Assembly: GCA_002269645.1 (NCBI GenBank)
Contig: NIVC01005070.1
Span: forward strand, 1-27,050
Reading direction: 5' to 3'
Source: Macrostomum lignano
Lineage: Eukaryota
Length of the DNA stretch: 27,050 bases
Each line of letters opens with the position of its first letter. Position 1 is the stretch's first letter. Positions 20,174 through 27,050 of this stretch are shown here, in pieces. Below the pieces are notes generated by a model, which saw only the letters and a program-made list of their open reading frames with translations, had not been told where the DNA came from and ran no database searches. The translations under genes and the position numbers were made by a program.

Positions 20174-20219
20174 ACACGAGGGCATTTGAATTTGCTCGAA
20201 CGTTGAAGTTGAAATCTTA

Positions 20220-20479
20220 GGGCCTTTTCATATTACCAATTCTAGAACCAGAATCGGTTCGGAATTCCAAGAAAAACAGCAGTATAACTATTAAACTCTG
20301 TTAATATTTGACTGCCTTAACAACCTAACTTAGCAAAATTTTTCACTTTCTTCTTGGCGATTGTCATTCAATAATAAAAACTTTATAGCATGTATTTCCC
20401 TCTAGTTATGGAGACAAAAAGTTATACTTCACAAATTGGTTCTGGTTCTGGAACCAGAGCAAGCAATATGAAAAGGCCC
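20220..20479. mobile_element. 260-bp Tourist-like (PIF/Harbinger) MITE
   Basis: Perfect 15-bp TIRs GGGCCTTTTCATATT (20220-20234) and AATATGAAAAGGCCC (20465-20479). TTA target duplication at 20217-20219 and 20480-20482. Subterminal inverted motifs ACCAATT/AATTGGT and AGAACCAGAA/TTCTGGTTCT. AT-rich non-coding interior. Confidence 0.85.
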
Positions 20480-21082
20480 TTAATCGGAAAATCATTTTGA
20501 TTTACAAAGCAAAAAGCCAAAGCCTTATTAATTTGTATTTTAACTTTCAATCTTTTTTACTGATTTTAAATATATAATTACCGTTGAGAAATAAACCTTT
20601 ATGAATGCATGCACTGATGTATGTGACACCATTGATCAGTGCCAGTCCGTGGTTACTGACGGGCGTTCGAAACGCTGATTTATCCTGATTGAGATACAGA
20701 GTTGAGACTTTACATTTTGATAGAGAATGAGTCAATGAAGAATTGTGTCAAGTTTGAAGTCAATCGCTTCATGTGGAGCAAACTTATGGCAGCTGAAAGT
20801 TATCAATTTTAAAACCCCTTTTACACATCTGGGCCCAGATTGGGAAAGAGGCAGGTGGGTGGAGGTTGGGATGGTTGCTACGCTGAAAAAACAGCCTAAC
20901 TTTAAAAGTGCACAGTGCTGTTCCGGATCAACTTTGAGACTCGAAATTTAACATGATTGTGTCAAAATAGTTGAAGATTAATTGCGTCAAATTTGAAGAG
21001 AATCGGTAAAATTGGAGTGGAGGATTTAGTGGAATAATTGCGCATTTTGAGCAGTTTTTTGCACTTTTAGGTAGGAAGACTT

Positions 21083-21323
21083 TGTGAGACATTGATTTGC
21101 TATAGAGCGCCCACCCCATTTTTCCTGGTCCGTACGTCAGCCGGCTTTCTCTCTCTAACTCTCGCCCCCTTATCTGTACTCGTAGTAAGCAAAGTGTACA
21201 TTTACGACCACCACCCCACGCAATGCAGTAGCCGACTAAATATTGAATAAATAACATCGTCTCGCCCACTGTGGCTTTCGTACTTCTTCGTGCAACTGCC
21301 AAATCATGCATTAAACTCTTACA
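21083..21323 (+). repeat. 5' LTR (241 bp)
   Basis: TG...CA termini, AATAAA at 21246-21251, duplicated at 25614-25854. Confidence 0.98.
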
Positions 21324-24300
21324 TGGCGTCGCAAGCCATAGCACTATCGCCACCTGGCACCTTCGATGCAGAAGGTGAGCCGCATACCATCGCACAAAAG
21401 TGGAAAAATTGGACTCGGCGCTTTGAGAGCTACCTTGTCGCGGCCGGCATCAAAGATGAAAATCAAGCTCAAGAAATCCTACTCTACTCAGCCGGCGAAT
21501 TCATCCACTCGCTCGTCGAAGACAACAGCATTGCACGAGGCGAATCAGCCAAGAAACTAGCAGAAAACATTCAAAGCCACCTGGACAAGAAAAACAACAT
21601 CGTCTTCCTACGATACATGTTTGAGACCTGCCGACAGCTAGAGGGCGAAGGAATCGATGCCTGGTATGTCCGACTGAAGAAACTGGCGGAGCCATGCAAG
21701 TTCGGCGACTTGAGCAACTCGCTAATCCGGGACAAGATTATGGCGTACTGCCGGTCTGAGAAAATGCGGCGCAATCTGCTCCAGTCAGGCGACATCAGCC
21801 TGGCTGACACGCTGACCAAGATCCGCGCCAGAGAAACAGCGGAGCGACAGGCGCAAGCAATGGAGCTCGGCAGCCGACCGGTGCCGGAGGACGTGGCAGC
21901 AGTGAGCAGCAGCGGCCGCGGCTTGAGAGCGGCAGACGGAAAGTCGCAGGTCACCTGCAACCGGTGCGGCAGACAAGGGCATGCTGAATGCGACACCGCC
22001 CGGGGCAAGTCCTGCAGGAAATGCGGCAAAATCGGACATTTCGCCCGTGCGTGCAGGTCCAGTAAGGCCGGCCAGCTCAACGCCATCCCGAGCGAGCAGG
22101 AGAATGTGACCTACCTGCTGGACAAAGACTCAGCTCCAGTCCAGGAGGGAATCTTCCACGTGGCCAGTGATCCGGCGTCAGCGAGAGTGACCGCTCAAAT
22201 CGGCGGCACCTCCATGGACATCCTTATCGACAGCGGGGCCGGTTGCAACATCATGGACGTCAGCAGTTTCAATGGCCTGCCACACCGACCCCCACTGCAG
22301 CCAGCCAGCAGCCAGCTGTTTGCCTACGGAAGCTCGCACCCACTGAAGCTGGTCGGCAAGGTGACTCTGCCTGTAAATGTTTTTGGTGTCTCCAGAGACG
22401 CGCCCTTTTTTATATTCGACGGCAGGGGCGCGACGGTCCTCGGCAGAAAATCTGCAATCGAAATGGACATCCTCCGTATCGGCCCGCCCAGCAGTCAGCC
22501 GACACCCGAGGTTCTCGCCGTCCACCGATCAGAGGGCCTCATCGACCAACTGCTCAAAGGAAATCGACTAGCGGACGAAGGCCTCCCAGAGCAACTGCAG
22601 CTGAGCCACATCCTCACCAAGCACGCTCAGGTTTTCAGCGGCATCGGATGCGTCAAGAACTACACGGCAACGATCCACCTGACGGAGGACGCCAGGCCGG
22701 TCTGCCACGCGCCCTCAAGGGTTCCTGTCCACCTGGCCGCAGCGGTCGACAAGGAGCTCAAGCTGCTCGAGGACCTAGACATCATCGAGCCTGTCAACGG
22801 CCCGGCACCCTGGGTGGCTCGGATGGTCGTGGTGCCAAAGGCGCAGACCGGCGAAGTTCGAATCACCCAGGACCTCCGAGATGTCAACAGGTTTGTCATC
22901 AGGGAGCGACATCAAATCCCAACTTTCGAGGAGGTGACTGGGTGCATGGCAGGCGCCAAAGTCTTCTCGGAGCTGGATGTTGCCAAGGCTTTCTACCAGA
23001 TCCTTGTGGCGGAAAGCTGCAGGAACCTGCTGACCTTCTCGACACCACGGGGGCTGCGACGGCTCAAGCGGTTGTGCATGGGCCTCTCCACGGCTCAGGA
23101 AATCCTCCAAGTCGTCATGTCAGGCATCCTGGCTGGACTCGACAAGGTCAAGTGGATTCATGACGACATCGTTGTTTTCGGGAACTCCTTGGAGGAGCAC
23201 AACAGGAATCTGGCAGCATGCCTCGCCCGCCTCCAGCAGCACGGCGTCACGCTCAATCCCGGAAAGTGCAAGCTAGTCAGAGACAAGATCACATTCATGG
23301 GCATGCAGCTCTCAGCCAGTGGAGTGCAGCCCACCGAAGACAAGATCGAGACAGTCAAGGCATTCAAGGCTCCAGAGACCACCAGCCAGGTGAGGTCATT
23401 TCTAGGCCTTGTCAACTACCTGGCTGTGTTCACACCGCAGCTGTCAAAAATCGCTGAGCCACTGCGGCGCCTGACGAAGAAAGGCGCGGTCTGGAGATGG
23501 AGCGAAGCTGAAGACGCCGCTTTCAAGCAGCTGAAACAGCAGATCACGGAAGCCGGCGCCCTTAGCTTCTTCGACCAGAGACTGCGAACCGAGCTCATAG
23601 TCGACGCCGGTCCGAGGGGACTCGGAGCCATCTTGGCGCAGCGGCGAGAAGATGGCACTTCAAGACCAGTGGCCTATGCCAGCCGGTCGCTCTCCGATGT
23701 AGAGTCCAGATACTCACAGACCGAAAAGGAGGCGCTGGCAGTGAAATTCGGATGTCTCCGATTCCAATACTACCTGCACGGCGCACCTCGATTCGATGTG
23801 ATCACGGACCACAGGCCGTTGGTCAACATGCTGGCGCCAGGGTCGAGGCCGCCTCCTAGAGTCGAGCGAATGGCTCTGCAGATTCAGCACATGAACTTCA
23901 AGGTGGTGTATCGCCCAGGGCCCCAGAATGCGGCAGACATCCTCAGCCGACAACCGCTAGCGACATCCGGGCACAACAAAGATGCACAGCAGAACTCCGC
24001 CAGCATCGGCGCGGTACTGCAGGCCGCGGTGCCGAGAGCGCTCACAGTAGAGGACATCAGGCGGCACTCGCAGGCTGACCCGCTGATCAAAGCCGCAATC
24101 GCCGCCATCCAGGGAGCCAGGTGGGACCTCGGCCACCCGGAGCTGAGGTCACTGTATGCACTACGAGACGAGCTTGCTGAGGAGGACGGAGTGCTGCTTC
24201 GGCGGGACAGGATTGTGGTGCCAAGCAGCCTCCGGGAGACAATGTTGCGCCTCGCACATGCCGGACACCTGGGACTGCGGAAGACACTGGCCAGGCTGAG

Positions 24301-25321
24301 CAGCAAAGTCTGGTGGCCAAAGATGAGCGCAGATGCGGACAAGGCCGTCAGCAGTTGCCGCAGCTGCATCATGACATCACATAAGCCGACAGTCAGCGCG
24401 ACGCCACTGCAGTCGTCCAGCATCCCCAAGGGCGCCTGGCTGTCGATTGGCGCCGACTTCCTCGGTCCGGTGCAGAACAAGATGCTGCTCGTCTGCGTGG
24501 ATCACTACTCCCGGTATCCCGAGGTGCAGGTCATGCAGTCTACTACAGCGGAGGCAGTCATCCCGAAGCTGCGGGAATCATTCTGCAGGTTCGGCATCCC
24601 AGAGGAGCTCGTTACGGACAATGGGCCTCCATTCTCGTCGGCGCAGTTCAAGGATTTCCTCAGGAGCTTCGGAATTCGACACCGGGCCATCACTCCGCTC
24701 TACCCTGCGGCCAACGGCATGACCGAGCGCCTGAACAGATCGATCAACAAGGTCGTCCGCGCTGCAATCGCGGAGAGCAGGGACTGGCGCGAGGCTCTGG
24801 ACGAGTGGATTCTGGCGTACCGGACGGCGCCACACGCCACAACCGGACGCGCACCCGCGGAGCTGCTGATGGGCCGCGCTTTGGGCAACGGCGTCCCCGG
24901 CCGGCGGCCACCAGCGCGGGTGCGCATCAACGACAAGGAGCTGCGGGAGCACGACCGCAAGCAGAAGCTGACGATGAAGCGGCACGCCGACGCTGCTCGA
25001 AGACCAAGAGAGCACAACTACGCGGTCGACGACCAGGTGCTGCGGAAACGCGTCAACCCGCTGAAGGGCCAAACCCCATTTGAGAGCGAGCCCTGGACTG
25101 TGACCAAAGTGCAAGGCAACTCGCTGCAGCTACGGCGCGGTCAGGCCACTTGTCGGCGACACTGCACGGCCCTGAAGGCGCTGCTACCGGAGCCCGACCT
25201 GGTGGAGCCGCAGGCGGCGGCACCCGACGCTGCCGGCCCCGCCGACGTCGAGCAGAACGTGCCGATCGCCCGCACCCCGCATCCGAGAGCGGCGAAGGAG
25301 GGATTCAAAGTCTACACTTGA
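21323..25321 (+). CDS. Gag-Pol polyprotein (~1332 aa): Gag with two Zn knuckles, aspartic protease, RT, RNase H, integrase
   Basis: Gag PPGTFDAEG..WKNWTRRFESYL. Knuckles CNRCGRQGHAEC and CRKCGKIGHFARAC. Protease LIDSGAGCN. RT WVARMVVVPK/TQDLRDVN/IHDDIVVFG. RNase H VDAGP/EKEAL/TDHRPL/ADILSR. Integrase HAGH..CRSC with D(GADF)-D(TDNG)-E(TER). The first in-frame ATG is 21323; the track's 21290 start is a GTG inside the LTR. Confidence 0.97.
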   Translation: MASQAIALSPPGTFDAEGEPHTIAQKWKNWTRRFESYLVAAGIKDENQAQEILLYSAGEFIHSLVEDNSIARGESAKKLAENIQSHLDKKNNIVFLRYMFETCRQLEGEGIDAWYVRLKKLAEPCKFGDLSNSLIRDKIMAYCRSEKMRRNLLQSGDISLADTLTKIRARETAERQAQAMELGSRPVPEDVAAVSSSGRGLRAADGKSQVTCNRCGRQGHAECDTARGKSCRKCGKIGHFARACRSSKAGQLNAIPSEQENVTYLLDKDSAPVQEGIFHVASDPASARVTAQIGGTSMDILIDSGAGCNIMDVSSFNGLPHRPPLQPASSQLFAYGSSHPLKLVGKVTLPVNVFGVSRDAPFFIFDGRGATVLGRKSAIEMDILRIGPPSSQPTPEVLAVHRSEGLIDQLLKGNRLADEGLPEQLQLSHILTKHAQVFSGIGCVKNYTATIHLTEDARPVCHAPSRVPVHLAAAVDKELKLLEDLDIIEPVNGPAPWVARMVVVPKAQTGEVRITQDLRDVNRFVIRERHQIPTFEEVTGCMAGAKVFSELDVAKAFYQILVAESCRNLLTFSTPRGLRRLKRLCMGLSTAQEILQVVMSGILAGLDKVKWIHDDIVVFGNSLEEHNRNLAACLARLQQHGVTLNPGKCKLVRDKITFMGMQLSASGVQPTEDKIETVKAFKAPETTSQVRSFLGLVNYLAVFTPQLSKIAEPLRRLTKKGAVWRWSEAEDAAFKQLKQQITEAGALSFFDQRLRTELIVDAGPRGLGAILAQRREDGTSRPVAYASRSLSDVESRYSQTEKEALAVKFGCLRFQYYLHGAPRFDVITDHRPLVNMLAPGSRPPPRVERMALQIQHMNFKVVYRPGPQNAADILSRQPLATSGHNKDAQQNSASIGAVLQAAVPRALTVEDIRRHSQADPLIKAAIAAIQGARWDLGHPELRSLYALRDELAEEDGVLLRRDRIVVPSSLRETMLRLAHAGHLGLRKTLARLSSKVWWPKMSADADKAVSSCRSCIMTSHKPTVSATPLQSSSIPKGAWLSIGADFLGPVQNKMLLVCVDHYSRYPEVQVMQSTTAEAVIPKLRESFCRFGIPEELVTDNGPPFSSAQFKDFLRSFGIRHRAITPLYPAANGMTERLNRSINKVVRAAIAESRDWREALDEWILAYRTAPHATTGRAPAELLMGRALGNGVPGRRPPARVRINDKELREHDRKQKLTMKRHADAARRPREHNYAVDDQVLRKRVNPLKGQTPFESEPWTVTKVQGNSLQLRRGQATCRRHCTALKALLPEPDLVEPQAAAPDAAGPADVEQNVPIARTPHPRAAKEGFKVYT
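21324..21337 (+). promoter_or_regulatory. Primer-binding site TGGCGTCGCAAGCC (cognate tRNA not identified)
   Basis: TGG immediately follows the LTR's terminal CA and is complementary to a tRNA 3' end reading ...GACG-CCA. PBS length is uncertain. Confidence 0.75.
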
Positions 25322-25349
25322 TTGAGGGGGGGGTGATTTGATAGTCTTG

Positions 25350-25391
25350 AAATCCGTCGCAACTGTTTAAAAATCCGTCGCAACTGTTTAA
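25350..25391 (+). repeat. 21-bp tandem duplication AAATCCGTCGCAACTGTTTAA x2 in the element's 3' untranslated region
   Basis: Direct reading. Confidence 0.9.
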
Positions 25392-25604
25392 AAATGTTTG
25401 AAACTGTTAAATGTCTTTTGTAACCTTTTGCGTTGTTTTCGTTTCTCGAAATGCTTTTATTCCGGCTGCGTCCGTTGTTTTTTTTATTCAATGGTCAGCG
25501 GCAACCAATATTTTAATTTCCCCTGCAATCGGTATGTCGTTCGAGTCTCCCCGCGCTTCGAATGCAAGCATCGAGTTTTCAAAAGTGATTTTCTTTTCTG
25601 CGTT

Positions 25605-25613
25605 GAGGAGAGA
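25605..25613 (+). promoter_or_regulatory. Polypurine tract GAGGAGAGA abutting the 3' LTR
   Basis: Purine run directly 5' of the LTR's TG. Confidence 0.85.
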
Positions 25614-25854
25614 TGTGAGACATTGATTTGCTATAGAGCGCCCACCCCATTTTTCCTGGTCCGTACGTCAGCCGGCTTTCTCTCTCTAACTCTCGCCCCC
25701 TTATCTGTACTCGTAGTAAGCAAAGTGTACATTTACGACCACCACCCCACGCAATGCAGTAGCCGACTAAATATTGAATAAATAACATCGTCTCGCCCAC
25801 TGTGGCTTTCGTACTTCTTCGTGCAACTGCCAAATCATGCATTAAACTCTTACA
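25614..25854 (+). repeat. 3' LTR (241 bp)
   Basis: Matches the 5' LTR and is followed by the TSD GACTT. Confidence 0.98.
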
Positions 25855-27050
25855 GACTTGAGTTTAGGAAATTTTAAGTCGCCTAAGACATTCTCCATAG
25901 TAAGTTTAGGGTGGGTGTAAAATTTGGTGTCATTTGGTTGAGCGGTTTGGGAGTCTATAGCGAATGAAATTGTCCACACACAGACACACACACAGAGTTT
26001 TGATTTTTATATGTAGAGATGGGCCTATTATGTCTGAGATATTAAGTCTAAACATTAAGTCTAGGTATAATGCCTAGACTAGGAGTAGGGATATGGTGCA
26101 GTTTATGCAAATATTTATCATATTTCCTGTAGGCCTATACTCAAAATCTCACCACTGAGTTACCAAAGTTATGTTAAGGGTTAACTATTATCTCTACAAA
26201 TAATTCCAAAATGTCACCAAAGTTATCACAGGGCTTAATTTCTATCCTTATAAATGTTGGTAGCTGCTACCAAGACTATATTCTATTAATAAATGATATG
26301 TTTATTAATCTTAGAATATGTCTGAAAAATGTTTATATACGAGTATTTCCAGTATTTCTAGTCTAGAGTGTTACCAAGATCAGAGGGTCACAGCCTCTAG
26401 CTATTCTTACATGTATTCATTTAGGATCTACTTCAAATTCTCTTACTACTTCCACTTCTCAGTATAGTATATATTGTGTACATACTTCTGTACTACTTTA
26501 CTTCACTTTAGAAAATAAATCAACTTAGAAAACAATCTTCAATAACCTTTACTTGGAACTCTACTATTCAATATTGGCTTTATTTCTTAAGGAACTGCAA
26601 AGCACAAAGTTGGTCTCTCCTCACCAAAAATGTTTTTATGTATACTAAAATTTACTGCTAGTTTAAACAAAAATTAGTTTGCATAAAAATATTATGAAGA
26701 ATATATGTATTATAAAAATATGTTTTCCTAGATTTGGCACGCATTCAACATAATTTATACTAATATTAATTTTGTAAAATAATCAAAAGGTGCCCTACAC
26801 ATACTTCTAAATATTTAAGTTAAAAAAATATAAAAATGTTGCATTATAGTATAATTTCTAGATTTGAAACTTCATTTTACTTTATATAAATAATAAAATT
26901 TTATAATTATTATTATTCAAATATGAAATATGTTACACAATCATTGTATATGTGGCTAAGAATCATATAGTTATTTTTTTTGTTAGCCATTTATTCCAAT
27001 CCATTTAAACAAATCTTATGTCCAGGGATTTATGCCAAGGCTATTTTTTT

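Larger units (their letters stand above)
21083..25854 (+). mobile_element. Full-length Ty3/gypsy LTR retrotransposon (Mag/K02A2.6-like), 4772 bp, recently inserted
   Basis: Two 241-bp LTRs (TGTGAG...CTTACA) with no differences seen by eye. 5-bp TSD GACTT (21078-21082 and 25855-25859). PBS, PPT and an intact single Gag-Pol ORF in PR-RT-RH-IN order. Confidence 0.98.
20636..26019 (-). mobile_element. Helitron-like repeat copy 2 (20636..21082 + 25860..26019), split by the LTR retrotransposon
   Basis: Homologous to 1471-2027 on both sides of the LTR element. On minus it starts A|TCTCTAC at 26019. Its putative 3' end is CTGA|T (a CTRR motif) at 20636, preceded by a GC-rich hairpin (GTCCGT-8nt-ACGGGC, 20645-20664). 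Confidence 0.6.

Noticed and set aside
21366-25842. Many short ORFs overlapping or antisense to Gag-Pol and the LTRs; env gene or chromodomain
   Set aside because: Expected in GC-rich coding DNA. No env-like ORF, TM segment or chromodomain is visible after the integrase.
26020-27050. AT-rich terminal region
   Set aside because: No ORF, structured RNA or bounded repeat that I can support.

Overview
Eukaryotic (invertebrate animal) genomic DNA. GC-rich exons sit in AT-rich, minisatellite-dense spacers; this style resembles the flatworm Macrostomum, but that is inference only. There are no prokaryotic features, CRISPR arrays or rRNA/tRNA genes. Main contents: (1) a 4-exon SARA/endofin (ZFYVE9/16-type) gene on + (4782-12248) with one reading-frame break in exon 1 and a different minisatellite in each intron; (2) a ~940-bp (GACA)n array; (3) a minus-strand gene (14818-16339) that, after repairing two 1-nt frameshifts and splicing a 96-nt intron, encodes a ~475-aa secreted protein (signal peptide, PAN/apple domain, Thr-rich stalk, ALK/LTK-type glycine-rich domain, no TM or kinase); (4) a solitary replication-dependent-type histone H4 gene with its stem-loop, followed by two 'orphan' histone stem-loops on the opposite strand with no histone ORF; (5) a 260-bp Tourist-like MITE; (6) a Helitron-like non-autonomous repeat in two copies, one interrupted by an intact, very young Ty3/gypsy (Mag-like) retrotransposon. 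That element has apparently identical 241-bp LTRs, a GACTT target duplication and a Gag start codon formed from the LTR end plus the PBS. Most long ORFs in the supplied track are repeat or antisense artefacts. I see no clearly demonstrable new biological system; the best leads are the secreted ALK-like protein, the orphan histone stem-loops and the LTR/PBS-derived start codon.
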